Positions 19,856 through 29,777 of a stretch of 64,000 nucleotides of DNA are shown here, in pieces. Below the pieces are notes generated by a model that did no database searches, was not told where the DNA came from, and was given only the letters and a program-made list of their open reading frames with translations. The stretch is from a candidate division BRC1 bacterium HGW-BRC1-1 (GTDB lineage: Bacteria > Sumerlaeota > Sumerlaeia > Sumerlaeales > Sumerlaeaceae), in NCBI GenBank assembly GCA_002842095.1, contig PHCB01000006.1:206044-270043 (forward strand). Reading direction: 5' to 3'. Each line of letters opens with the position of its first letter. Positions within the stretch are counted from its first letter, which is position 1. The position numbers and the translations under genes are program-made.

Positions 19856-21706
19856 ATGGCTGACAAAGCGATCGGTGCGGGGCAGGCGTGGGGTATGGAC
19901 TCGAAAAGATTTGCCTGTACCCAGCGATGGGTTTTTGCGCTGCTGGCGGTTTGTTTATTGGCGGCACCGGCCCGGGCCGATGAAAGCTCCGAGGCTCCGG
20001 CCGATGGCGATACGACGAAAATTTTGCGGGCCGAGCGGGTCCGTTTTCAGAAACTGACGATGAAATCCGCAGCGGGCGGATATGTGGTCAGCCCCGGGCA
20101 GGAAGTGCGCATCACGTGGGATGACTACGAGGCGGCCATGGAACTGGGCGCCACGTCCGTGCCGTTGCGTGCGCGCTGGTTCGATGCTAAATTCCACGAG
20201 ACAACCGGCCCGCTGGCGCCGGGGCGGTGGGGAGTGCGCGTGGAAGGGTTGTCCCCCAACGGAATGCCGATGCGGCGGTCGCTCACGTTTTATGCCCGAC
20301 CGCCATTTTTTCTATGGTATTCGGCACCCAATGACTTTTCGTTTCCCCCACAACCGGGGCCGATTTCCAAAGAAGTGTGGAGCGAGAACCAGACCGAGAT
20401 CGACGCCCTCGGTCGCGACATGATGGCCGACGCCATCAACCGTTCGCCCTCCACGGCGATCATGTTGAGCGCGTGGGGCGAAACCAACCCGACTCCGGGC
20501 CGCGAGCCAACCTCGCTGGAGTCGGCTGTGGAACAGGATCATGCGTACCATCTCGCGCTGAAGTTGCATCTCACGGGGCGCGATGCCGATGCGCACGCAT
20601 TGCCTGCGCCGCGCCACTTGGAAAAGCCGGCCACGGTTCTGCACAAGGGAACCGCCGCCGAGGCCGGAATGAAACCCGACACCCGCCACCGCATGGACGA
20701 CCTCTGTCGCCGCTGGGCCGAGGCCACCGGCGAACCGTTCACCGTGCTGGTTGCGCGCCACGGCGTGGTGGTGCTGCACGGGGCGTACGGCAAAGGCGAG
20801 GATGGCAAACCGGTGGGGCTCGACTATCGGGGTGACATTGCATCGATTACGAAATCCATAACGGGGATTTTGTTTGCGCGTTTTCTCGATGACGGACGTG
20901 TGGATCTGGACGACAGCGTGGCCGGTGTGTTCGACGATTTTCCGCCCGGAGATCCCCATGTGCCCACGTTCCGCGATTGTTTCATGCACATGAGCGGGCT
21001 TGAGGGGCATGGGTCCCACGGAGGCGTCGGCAATCCTGATTTCGAAAACATTGTGCTGGGCGGTCTGGACACTCTCGCGCCGGGCACCAGCTACGCCTAC
21101 ACGGGTACAGGCTACGACCTGATGGGCAAGGCCATGGAGATTTGGTCGGGCAAAACCGCCAGGCGTTTGCTGGTGGAGGACCTGTTTCGCCCCCTGGGGC
21201 TGAGCGACATTCCCATGAACCAGATGGGCATGGGTGCGCGGCCCACGGTGTGGGAACTTGCCGTGTTCGGCCAGTTGCTGGCCAACGGCGGCAGTTATGG
21301 CAACGTGGAGTTGTTCGGGCGGGAAACGTTTGAAAAGATGCTGCCCCGCAGCTATGCGGAGATGTATCCCGGCGTGGACGTGAAGGGTGAGCAACCGTAT
21401 GGCTTGGGTCTGGGGTTGCGGGACGACCGGCGCAGAGTGCCGGAGGCCGTGGGGGCGGCGGATGTGGACACGACGATGACCGCCGAGCAGCGCCTGAAAG
21501 CAGCGGTGGACGCGGCGAAAAAAGGGGAACTGCTGTTCAGCGAGCGCACCATCGGCCACGGCGCGTTATCGCAGTCAATTTATCGCATCGACCTGGAAAC
21601 AGGTTTGGTTTTTACGATGATAAGACGTCAGGGCGGGAAAGACTTTGGCAAGTGGTGCCCGCAGTTTTTTGAGGCCGTGGCGGATTCGGTGGTTGGCGGG
21701 GAGTGA
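19856..21706 (+). CDS. Secreted serine hydrolase of the beta-lactamase / PBP fold with N-terminal extra domain
   Basis: A signal peptide is present, and the SxxK motif SITK appears in the C-terminal half. The stop abuts an ATGGGA 9-bp repeat. Confidence 0.6.
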   Translation: MADKAIGAGQAWGMDSKRFACTQRWVFALLAVCLLAAPARADESSEAPADGDTTKILRAERVRFQKLTMKSAAGGYVVSPGQEVRITWDDYEAAMELGATSVPLRARWFDAKFHETTGPLAPGRWGVRVEGLSPNGMPMRRSLTFYARPPFFLWYSAPNDFSFPPQPGPISKEVWSENQTEIDALGRDMMADAINRSPSTAIMLSAWGETNPTPGREPTSLESAVEQDHAYHLALKLHLTGRDADAHALPAPRHLEKPATVLHKGTAAEAGMKPDTRHRMDDLCRRWAEATGEPFTVLVARHGVVVLHGAYGKGEDGKPVGLDYRGDIASITKSITGILFARFLDDGRVDLDDSVAGVFDDFPPGDPHVPTFRDCFMHMSGLEGHGSHGGVGNPDFENIVLGGLDTLAPGTSYAYTGTGYDLMGKAMEIWSGKTARRLLVEDLFRPLGLSDIPMNQMGMGARPTVWELAVFGQLLANGGSYGNVELFGRETFEKMLPRSYAEMYPGVDVKGEQPYGLGLGLRDDRRRVPEAVGAADVDTTMTAEQRLKAAVDAAKKGELLFSERTIGHGALSQSIYRIDLETGLVFTMIRRQGGKDFGKWCPQFFEAVADSVVGGE

Positions 21707-21741
21707 TGGGAATGATGGGAAGAATGGGAGTGATGGGACAG
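21706..21741 (+). repeat. 9-bp periodic repeat, ATGGGA variant (4 units)
   Basis: ATGGGAatgATGGGAagaATGGGAgtgATGGGAcag, in a convergent intergenic region. Confidence 0.75.
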
Positions 21742-21806
21742 ATAGCCCCTTAAGTATTTAACGTGAGGGGGGCGTTATCGCTGGTAGCGTTTCTCCAGGA
21801 AAAACA

Positions 21807-22709
21807 TTACGTTTGTCCGGTCCAGTCCACCTGGGCTACTTCTTTCCAGCGGTTGCGGATGGCTTCTTCTTCGGCGGCCGACAATGGGCCGTCTTGCAAT
21901 AGCCCCGCGTTTTCGCTCCAGCGGCCTGGTTTGCTCGTTCCCACGATGGCCACGCTCACACCCGGCTGGCCCAGCGTGAAACGCAATGCTGCGGCAACGG
22001 CTTCGTGCATGGGTTTCTTCGTGAAGTCGTAATCGAGCAACTGAAGCCGCCGCCAATACTCCGTGTGATACGTCTCCTCGGGGGCTTTGTCACCGTAGCG
22101 CCACGCGGCGTTCGCGATGGGGCGCTTGATGATGACACCCATGTTGTGCTGGCGCGCGAGGGGCAGGGTCAGGTCGATGGACTGTTGGTCGGCCACGTTC
22201 AGCGATGTTTGAAGCGCGTCGAACTGCGCGCATTCGATCGCAAACTTCGCCGCCTCGCCGTCGCCGCTGTAGCCGATGAAGCGCGCGTAGCCCTTTTGGC
22301 GCGCTTCCTGCAGCGCTTCGATCACCTCGCCGCGGCGAAGTTCCTCCTCGCCGCAGGAGTGCAGCTGGATGAGATCTACACGGTCGGTGCGCAGGCGCTT
22401 GAGGCTGCGCTCGATGCTGGCCAGCAGCGAGGGTTTCGTCCAGACGCCCTTGCCATCTTCGTGGCCGCATTTGGTGAACAGATGATATTCATCGCAGCGG
22501 TGAGAGATGGCCTGGCCGACCATCTCCTCGCTCTCCTTGTAGCACTCGGCCGTGTCGACAATGTTGAGACCGGCGTCGAGGGCGGAGTTAAGAAGTTCCT
22601 TAACGGTTTCCGGGGTGGCGCCGTCGTATCCGATTTCGGCTCCACCAAAACCGAGGGCGGTTACCTGCATGCCGGTTTTTCCAAACAGTCGTTTTTCGAT
22701 GAGGGTCAT
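21807..22709 (-). CDS. Aldo/keto reductase
   Basis: AKR-family conservation (LGFGGAEIG, IDTAECY, C-terminal region). The start is placed at the Met with an AAGGAG RBS. Confidence 0.8.
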   Translation of the reverse strand: MTLIEKRLFGKTGMQVTALGFGGAEIGYDGATPETVKELLNSALDAGLNIVDTAECYKESEEMVGQAISHRCDEYHLFTKCGHEDGKGVWTKPSLLASIERSLKRLRTDRVDLIQLHSCGEEELRRGEVIEALQEARQKGYARFIGYSGDGEAAKFAIECAQFDALQTSLNVADQQSIDLTLPLARQHNMGVIIKRPIANAAWRYGDKAPEETYHTEYWRRLQLLDYDFTKKPMHEAVAAALRFTLGQPGVSVAIVGTSKPGRWSENAGLLQDGPLSAAEEEAIRNRWKEVAQVDWTGQT

Positions 22710-22871
22710 GGTTGAGCTCCTTGGGGGTTGAGAGTTGGACAACTCGACAACCGCGATGTTGCCTCGCTAAAGCCGGTTTGGGAAGCAAAAGTTTACGGGT
22801 CGCGCACGGCGCAAACCCGACCGTTGGATTTTCGTTGAAGCGCGGGGGCGGGGCAGGTCTCATGCTTGGCC

Positions 22872-23618
22872 ATGAACATGACATCTCTTGAAGGCAAAAC
22901 AGCCGTCGTTACCGGCGGCAGCAGAGGCATCGGACGGGCCATTACAGAAGCGTTCCTGCGTGCGGGGGCGGATGTGGTCGTCAATTATAACAAGACGCCG
23001 GTGGATGAGCTGAAGGCGCTTGCGGCGGAACTTGGGCGTCAACTGGTGGACGTGCAGGCGGACGTCTCGCAGACGGCCGATTGTGAGCGGCTCATCGAGG
23101 CCGCCATGAGCACCTTCAAGAAGGTGGACGTGCTGGTGAACAATGCCGGCATCACGCGCGACACGCTGCTCATGCGCATGGACGAGGCGGCGTGGGACGC
23201 CGTCATCGCGACGAACCTGAAAAGCGTTTTTTCAACCTGCCGCGCGGCAGTGAAGCCGATGATCCGCGCCCGGGCCGGGAGCATCATCAATATCAGCTCG
23301 GTGTCGGGCATCATGGGCAACGCCGGCCAGTGCAACTACGCGGCCAGCAAGGCGGGAGTTATCGGCTTTTCAAAAAGCCTGGCGCGCGAAGTGGCCGCCC
23401 GAGGCGTGCGCGTGAATGTGGTGGCGCCGGGTTTCATCACCAGCGACATGACCGATGGTCTGGATGAGAAAATCCGCGAGAAGGTGTTGCACGAAATTCC
23501 GCTGGGGCGCTTCGGTCAGCCCGCCGACATTGCCAACGCCGTGCTGTTTCTGGCGTCGGATCTGTCGGGATTTGTCACCGGCCACACGATGGTCGTCGAC
23601 GGCGGCATGGCGATGTAA
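22872..23618 (+). CDS. fabG: 3-oxoacyl-[acyl-carrier-protein] reductase (SDR)
   Basis: TGGSRGIGRA, NNAGITRD and YAASKAG...PGFITSDMT motifs are present. Confidence 0.85.
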   Translation: MNMTSLEGKTAVVTGGSRGIGRAITEAFLRAGADVVVNYNKTPVDELKALAAELGRQLVDVQADVSQTADCERLIEAAMSTFKKVDVLVNNAGITRDTLLMRMDEAAWDAVIATNLKSVFSTCRAAVKPMIRARAGSIINISSVSGIMGNAGQCNYAASKAGVIGFSKSLAREVAARGVRVNVVAPGFITSDMTDGLDEKIREKVLHEIPLGRFGQPADIANAVLFLASDLSGFVTGHTMVVDGGMAM

Positions 23619-23621
23619 CGG

Positions 23622-24185
23622 TTAGTCCGCCGGAGCTTTATGGCGGCGGCGCGAACCGGGGAACAGACCCTTCACCAGAAATCCCTGCCAGACAATGGCG
23701 AGAATGAACACGGCCAGCATGGCCGGCACGGGCATCTGGTTGAGATATGCCACGCCGACCACGAGATAGTTCGCGCCAATAAAGCTGGTGATCACGATCA
23801 CCAGATGCCGCTGGAGGAACATGGCCAGCAGTCCGGTAACGACGGCTGTCACGAGCACGATGGTGATGGCCTGTGTGTCCCAGGCAAACACCGCGCCCAC
23901 CTGTCGGCTCACCACAAACAGAGCGATCAGCCTTCCGATCATGGCACCGAAAAGCAGCCCGCTGATAAAGAACGCAAGGCGTGTGACGGCGCGGATGAAA
24001 AGGTAACCCGCCACCGCCCCCACCACGCTGCAGATGAGCACCAGCATGTCCTGCTGGGTGGCTTCCAGCGCAATGACGCGCGAGAGAATTTCGCCGAAGA
24101 CGTATCCCAAACCCAGACCCAGACCGATGCCCGACAGGCGGGTTCCCCAATAAAAAACAACCCATCCGCCCAGACACAGCACCAT
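23622..24185 (-). CDS. Hypothetical polytopic membrane protein
   Basis: Five or six hydrophobic helices. The ORF extension to 24386 would overlap truB, so the internal Met was chosen. Confidence 0.4.
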   Translation of the reverse strand: MVLCLGGWVVFYWGTRLSGIGLGLGLGYVFGEILSRVIALEATQQDMLVLICSVVGAVAGYLFIRAVTRLAFFISGLLFGAMIGRLIALFVVSRQVGAVFAWDTQAITIVLVTAVVTGLLAMFLQRHLVIVITSFIGANYLVVGVAYLNQMPVPAMLAVFILAIVWQGFLVKGLFPGSRRRHKAPAD

Positions 24186-24241
24186 CCCGACGATGGTGAA
24201 GATCGATTCGATTTGGTTTTGCAGGGGCAAGGGCAGAGCGG

Positions 24242-25306
24242 TTATTTCAATCCGCGGGGGAAGATTCTCACGGAACGGAAATGAACGTCGAAGCGTGAGT
24301 CGTAAGGGTTGGCCTGGCGCATGGTGTCGAACCGCTGCGACTCGACCATGGCCAGCAGGCTGCCGTCGTCGCCCGCGATTCCGCACAGGACGCCGGATGG
24401 CACGGCGGCGGCGATCTCGGGGGATTCCATCATCTTTTCGTTAAGGGGCTGGCCGTTGAACAGGCGCGGCATGTAGGCCCTCAGCAGCGTGAAAACCGGG
24501 AAGCGCTGGGTGTCGATGGCTCCCGCGCCGCGGATCATGAACTCGTTGATACGCTCAGGGGAGGCGGCCAGTTCCTCGGTGGACATCGCCTTGTCGGAGG
24601 AAAACTGCCCGACCTGGGTCCGCTTCAGCGACAGAAGATATCCGCCGCAGCCGAGGGCACGGCCCAGGTCGCGGGCCAGAGACCGCACGTAGGTGCCCGA
24701 GGTGACGCGCGCCACGAACTTCACCTGCATGAAGTTTTCAGCGTGGCGCTCGGCGTCGCCCGCAAGCTGCCCCTCGGGAGCGCGCGCCAGCACGGGGACG
24801 GGCGCTTCCATGGGGCGCATTTCCAAAATATCAAACTGGTGGATGGTGACCGCGCGGGGCTCGATGACGACTTCCTCGCCCTTGCGGGCGTACTCGTAGA
24901 GTTTCTTGCCGGCCACCTTGATGGCGGCATAGCGCGGAGGGATCTGATCGATGTCCCCCACGAAACGCACCGCCGCCGCGCGCACGCGTTCGAGGGTCGC
25001 CTCGCGGGCGTCGGAAATCATGAGCGGCTCGCCCTCGCTGTCGTCGGTGGTCGTCTCGATGCCGAGGCCGAACCATCCCTCGTAGGTCTTGTCGCTCTCC
25101 ACGAGATAGGGCACCAGCTTGGTGTAGGGGCCGATGCACAGCACGAGCAGCCCCTCGGCGGCGGGGTCGAGAGTGCCGGTATGGCCGATCTGGCGTTCGC
25201 CAAGGGCCTTGCGGGCGACGTCGACGATGTCGTGGGACGTGGGGCCGCGCTGCTTGAGCACCGGCAAAATTCCGGCGATGTTCGAGGTGGGTCGTTTGTT
25301 CTTCAT
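24242..25306 (-). CDS. truB: tRNA pseudouridine(55) synthase
   Basis: GILPVLKQRGPTSHD...HTGTLDPAAEGLL motif. A C-terminal PUA-like region is present. Confidence 0.85.
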   Translation of the reverse strand: MKNKRPTSNIAGILPVLKQRGPTSHDIVDVARKALGERQIGHTGTLDPAAEGLLVLCIGPYTKLVPYLVESDKTYEGWFGLGIETTTDDSEGEPLMISDAREATLERVRAAAVRFVGDIDQIPPRYAAIKVAGKKLYEYARKGEEVVIEPRAVTIHQFDILEMRPMEAPVPVLARAPEGQLAGDAERHAENFMQVKFVARVTSGTYVRSLARDLGRALGCGGYLLSLKRTQVGQFSSDKAMSTEELAASPERINEFMIRGAGAIDTQRFPVFTLLRAYMPRLFNGQPLNEKMMESPEIAAAVPSGVLCGIAGDDGSLLAMVESQRFDTMRQANPYDSRFDVHFRSVRIFPRGLK

Positions 25307-25370
25307 CGGGCACTACGCAAGGCGACGAAGGGGGTGCTGCGCAAGGGTATTCTCAGCGAGGGGGGTGGTG

Positions 25371-25432
25371 ATGGACGATATGGAAGGGATGGACACTATG
25401 GACGAAATGGACACTATGGACGGGATGGACAG
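25371..25432 (+). repeat. 9-bp periodic tandem repeat (ATGGAC-NNN)x7
   Basis: ATGGACgatATGGAAgggATGGACactATGGACgaaATGGACactATGGACgggATGGACagg, between oppC and truB. Confidence 0.9.
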
Positions 25433-25447
25433 GATTCGCGCCCCAAA

Positions 25448-26638
25448 CTATTTGCGTTGTTGGTGCGGATCGATCGCGTCGCGGAGGCCGTCGCCGAGGA
25501 AGTTGAACGCGAACACCGTGATGAAAATCAGCGCCGCGGGCGCGAACAGCAGCCACGGCTGGTTCGTGATGGTGGAAAGGCTCTGCGCATCTTCGAGCAT
25601 GATGCCCCAGCTCACCTGCGGCTCCTGAATGCCCACGCCGAGATAGCTGAGAGCGACCTCGCCGAGGATGTAACCGGGCACCGCAATCGTCGCCGAAATG
25701 ACCACGTAGCTCAGCGTGTTGGGCAGAATGTGCCGCGTGATGATGCGGAAGGTGCTCGCCCCCAGTGCACGCTCTGCGGTGATAAAATCGAATTCCTTGA
25801 TGGCCAGCACCATGCCGCGCACCACGCGGGCCTGCCCCGCCCAACCCACGAAAGCGAGAATCACCACGATGATGAGATACATCTGCGTGCTGCTCATGTT
25901 GCGCCCGCCGATGCCCAGCACGGTCTGCGTCTGGAAATACGCGCGCAGCGCAATGATGAGGTAGAGCGTTGGGATGGAGAGGAGAAACTCCACGAGGCGC
26001 ATGATGAGGCGGTCGGTCCAGCCGCCGAAATAACCCGCGAGGGAACCCATGAACATCCCCGCGAGGAGGCTGATGGAAATGCCCACGAGGCCGATGGAAA
26101 GCGAAATTTTTCCGCCCTCGATGACGCGCGAGAAGACGTCCTTCCCCACACTGTCGGTACCGAACAGGGCCACAATGCCGGGCTTCTCGACGCCGAAAAG
26201 ATGGAGGTCAGTCGGGATGATCCACCAGAGTTTGTACGGTTCACCCCGCACGAGGAATCGCAGCGGGTATTTCTGGTTCACGTCATACTGGTAGTTCTGC
26301 CGCACGGGATCGTTCATACGCATGCCGTACACGAAGGGGCGCGCGTGGAACTTCCCCTTTTCATCCACGAAACGCGGCAGCGTGGGCGGGTGGTTGGGGT
26401 GGTCGTAATCGCCCGCAGCAGGGCTGACCGGAGCAATAAAACTGCCCAGCGCGGTGACGAGATACAGCGCCAACAAAACCAGCGCGCCAAACATGGCCGC
26501 GCGATTTTTGCGCAGACGACGCCAGGCCAGCGCCGAGGGCGAGAGCCCCATGGGCGCAGCGGCGGCGGCGTCTGCCGTCACGGCCGCGGCGAGTTCCTGC
26601 GTCAACTTTTCCGAGGGTGTGCGCGGGGCGTCAGTCAT
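25448..26638 (-). CDS. ABC transporter permease (OppC/DppC family)
   Basis: An N-terminal extension precedes a six-TM core with the EAA-like loop region (LVEFLLSIPTLYLIIALRAYF). Confidence 0.8.
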   Translation of the reverse strand: MTDAPRTPSEKLTQELAAAVTADAAAAAPMGLSPSALAWRRLRKNRAAMFGALVLLALYLVTALGSFIAPVSPAAGDYDHPNHPPTLPRFVDEKGKFHARPFVYGMRMNDPVRQNYQYDVNQKYPLRFLVRGEPYKLWWIIPTDLHLFGVEKPGIVALFGTDSVGKDVFSRVIEGGKISLSIGLVGISISLLAGMFMGSLAGYFGGWTDRLIMRLVEFLLSIPTLYLIIALRAYFQTQTVLGIGGRNMSSTQMYLIIVVILAFVGWAGQARVVRGMVLAIKEFDFITAERALGASTFRIITRHILPNTLSYVVISATIAVPGYILGEVALSYLGVGIQEPQVSWGIMLEDAQSLSTITNQPWLLFAPAALIFITVFAFNFLGDGLRDAIDPHQQRK

Positions 26639-27602
26639 GGCGAATCCTCGGGTCGTTCAGGCCCAGCAGAATATCGGCGGTCAGGTTGCCGATGATCAGC
26701 ATGACCGACGCCAGCATAACGGCGGCGGCCACGGTGAAGAGGTCCTTGCTCGTGTAAGCCTCGATGGTGGTGCGACCAAGGCCGGGCCACGCCATGACGT
26801 TTTCCACGAGGAACGCGCCGCTGAGGAGATCGCTGAAGGCGAAACCGAACAGCGTGATCATGGGGTTCAGGGCGTTGCGCAGCGCGTGGCGCATCACGGC
26901 GGTGCGGTGGCTGAGGCCCTTTGCCATGGCCGTGCGCACGTAATCGGCCTGAAGGGTTTCGAGGAGGTTGGAGCGCATCTGGCGCGTGTAGATGGCCAGC
27001 CCGCCCATGCCCAGAACGATGGTGGGCAACACCAGATGGTGCGCGATGTCTTTGAAACGCGACCAGGTGTCGGTCATCATGAAGTGGGTGTCGCTCTTCA
27101 TGCCGCCGGTTGGGAAGGTGCCGGTCACCGCCGCGAAGTAGACCGCAAACAGCGCCAGCAGAACCGACGGAATGCTGAGACCGATGAACGCGATGCCTGA
27201 AGCGATGCGATCCGGGAGTTTGTTCTGTTTCACTGCCGCGATAATACCCAGCGGCACGGCTATGGACCATGCGAAGATCGTGCTGCAGAAGGCCAGCAGA
27301 AAGGTGTTAAAGAGCCGCGCACCGATAAGCTCCGTTACGGGGATTTTGTAGGTGAAGGAGTGCCCCAGATTGCCGTAACGCACCACCCCCCAAAGCCATT
27401 TCAACCAGACAATATACCACGGCTGATCGAGCCCGAGGCGGATGACTTCCGACTTGAGGAAGGCGTCGGATATTTTCGGGTCGGCCCGCAGAGAAGCGAG
27501 GTAATCGCCCGGCGAATGGAACAGCAGAAAAAACGTGACCAGCGAAATGGCCAGCAGCAGCGGGATCGATTCCAGGATACGCCGCAGGACGAGCTTCAGC
27601 AT
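26631..27602 (-). CDS. ABC transporter permease (OppB/DppB family)
   Basis: The OppB-like N-terminus MLKLVLRRILESIPLL is present. The stop overlaps the next gene. Confidence 0.8.
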   Translation of the reverse strand: MLKLVLRRILESIPLLLAISLVTFFLLFHSPGDYLASLRADPKISDAFLKSEVIRLGLDQPWYIVWLKWLWGVVRYGNLGHSFTYKIPVTELIGARLFNTFLLAFCSTIFAWSIAVPLGIIAAVKQNKLPDRIASGIAFIGLSIPSVLLALFAVYFAAVTGTFPTGGMKSDTHFMMTDTWSRFKDIAHHLVLPTIVLGMGGLAIYTRQMRSNLLETLQADYVRTAMAKGLSHRTAVMRHALRNALNPMITLFGFAFSDLLSGAFLVENVMAWPGLGRTTIEAYTSKDLFTVAAAVMLASVMLIIGNLTADILLGLNDPRIRHD

Positions 27603-27639
27603 GCGGCGCGTCCGGGTTGCAGCTTGTGTTGTGTCGCTC

Positions 27640-29580
27640 TCACTTGAAGAAAAGCTCGTCTGAGTTCCACAGCACTTCGTGGGTGATGGCCGAGGGCTTC
27701 AGGTTACCGATGCTGTTGCGGGCCGCCACGAACACGCTGCTGGTCCACAGCGGCAGGAAGGCGCACTGGTCGGCCATGATGGCCTGCATGCGGTTAAACT
27801 TCTCGCGCTGGGCGTTGATGTCCAGCGTGGCGTTGAAGCTGCGAGCCAGTTCGTCGATCTCCTTCTCCCAGTCGGTGGCCGGAGCCTCCTGCGACGGGTT
27901 GAAGAAGTGCGTGCGGCCGCTGCTCAAATAGACGTTCATGCTGTTGGCCGGATGCACGCCGCCGCCGCCGAAACCGAGCAGGCAGGCTTCGTATTCGAAC
28001 GAGTCGGAGGTCTGGGTCACAAGCGCCTGAAAGTCGATGAACTGCGGGCGGGCATCGATGCCCACGGCTTTCCAATCGGCGGCCATGAGGCTGGCCACCT
28101 TCTCGCGCACCTTGTTGCCCTTGTTCGTGATGAACGTGAAGGAGACCGGATTGCCGGCGGCGTCCTCGCGGATGCCATCGTTGTTGCGGTCTTTCAGGTC
28201 CATGGCGTCCAGCAACTCTCCGGCCTTGGCACGATCGAACGGATATTTGGTGATGTTGGAATTGTACCAGAAGCGGCTGGCAGGTGACTCAAGGCCCCAG
28301 GTGCTGACAGCCAGCCCGCGCATCTCGGTGCGGATGACGCTTTCCTTGTCCAGCGCGTGCATGGCCGCCTGGCGGAAGCGCGCATCGGAGAACCACGCGT
28401 GGCGCGTGGGATCAACGTAGGGCTTGTTGCTTTTGGGGCTGAGGCCCATCTTCAGGTTGAACCAGAAAACGTTTGAGCCATCTCCCGGCCCGCAGTTGTA
28501 AACGGTGTAATCGCCCGCAGCAGCGCCGGCGGCAAGGTTTGAGAGAGAGTCGGGGCGCGGGCGGATGAAGGCATCGGCCTGCCCGCTCTGGAAACGCGAA
28601 AGCATCTGGTCCATGTCGGGTGCGTAGGTAATTACGAGCGTGTCGAGATAGGGCAGTTGCGTTCCCGCCTGATCGTACTTGTGGTAATACGGGTTCCGCT
28701 CCAGCACCACGCGCTGGCCCGATTCGTACAGTTTCAGCTTGAAGGGGCCACTGACGATAATCTTCGCCGGATCGACATTGATGTTCAGTGCCTGCTCGTA
28801 CGTGCCCGCCTCCAGTTCGTCCTCATAAGCGTGCTGGGGCAACGCCACAAGGCCGCCGATAAGCGCCTGAAACGAACCGCTGGGGGCGTCGAGTTTCACG
28901 CGCACGGTGTAGTCGTCCACCTTTTCCACGATGAACGGCTTGCCGTTTACCTGCAGCACATCCTTGCCGGCATTGGCCACCTTCGGGTCGAAAATAACGC
29001 GGGCCCCAAAGACCACATCGTCGGCGGTGATGGGTTTGCCGTCGCTCCACTGCAACCCCTCGCGAAGTTCGAGGATCCAGTTGCGCTGGTCCTCCTCCAT
29101 GCGCCAGGTCTTGGCGATGCCCGGCTGATAGGTTTGCGTCTGATTGTTGAATTCAACCAATCCCATGAACATGCGCGCGATGACTTCATTGGATGCGGAA
29201 TCGTTGGCGGTTATAGGGTCGAAGGTTTTCGGGCCATCTCCGAAGGCAACGTAGGTAAGGTTGCCGCCGCGCTTGCCGGGCGTGATGTCCCGGGCCGCGA
29301 GGGCGTCGGGGAAGGGCAGTTTGAAACCCTCGGGGGGCGTGTAAGTTGGATGCTCGATGCTCGCGCTGGTGATCTGGTCGGCGAGGGTTACGTTCACCAC
29401 GCCCGAAAGGCTCGCAATGGCGCTTGTAGTGCTGGTGGCGGTGGCCGTGGTTGCTTCGCCCCCCGCGGCGGCCTGGTCGCGCAATTCCTTGGGCGCGCAT
29501 CCAATGCACAATAGCGCCAGCGCCGCCAGCGTGGTGGTCCGCAGGGTGATGGCTCGCAGGCCGTTTGCGTTGATTGTCAT
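27640..29580 (-). CDS. ABC transporter substrate-binding lipoprotein (family 5, peptide/nickel)
   Basis: A lipobox LLCIGC follows the start MTINANG.... SBP_bac_5-like conservation is present. The upstream in-frame extension was rejected. Confidence 0.8.
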   Translation of the reverse strand: MTINANGLRAITLRTTTLAALALLCIGCAPKELRDQAAAGGEATTATATSTTSAIASLSGVVNVTLADQITSASIEHPTYTPPEGFKLPFPDALAARDITPGKRGGNLTYVAFGDGPKTFDPITANDSASNEVIARMFMGLVEFNNQTQTYQPGIAKTWRMEEDQRNWILELREGLQWSDGKPITADDVVFGARVIFDPKVANAGKDVLQVNGKPFIVEKVDDYTVRVKLDAPSGSFQALIGGLVALPQHAYEDELEAGTYEQALNINVDPAKIIVSGPFKLKLYESGQRVVLERNPYYHKYDQAGTQLPYLDTLVITYAPDMDQMLSRFQSGQADAFIRPRPDSLSNLAAGAAAGDYTVYNCGPGDGSNVFWFNLKMGLSPKSNKPYVDPTRHAWFSDARFRQAAMHALDKESVIRTEMRGLAVSTWGLESPASRFWYNSNITKYPFDRAKAGELLDAMDLKDRNNDGIREDAAGNPVSFTFITNKGNKVREKVASLMAADWKAVGIDARPQFIDFQALVTQTSDSFEYEACLLGFGGGGVHPANSMNVYLSSGRTHFFNPSQEAPATDWEKEIDELARSFNATLDINAQREKFNRMQAIMADQCAFLPLWTSSVFVAARNSIGNLKPSAITHEVLWNSDELFFK

Positions 29581-29777
29581 TGGGTGTTGCCTTTCGTCTT
29601 CGTGGATGATGCCCAAGCCATTGCTGCGAATGACCCTCCACATGGGCGGGGCGTCGTCAATCACCGAGCGCATGGGTGGTGCAACGATGACGTTTTTTTA
29701 TCTCTCGGGAGCACCGGAAAATTCAGGTTATTCTTGCACTTCGAGGCAGCTGAGGGCAACCGCTTTACGCATCACCC

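Noticed and set aside
20312-21559. 415-aa ORF on the minus strand
   Set aside because: It is antisense to the serine hydrolase gene, which has an SxxK motif and a signal peptide.
24743-26695. 650-aa ORF on the plus strand
   Set aside because: It is antisense to truB and oppC, both confidently recognised. It spans an intergenic repeat.
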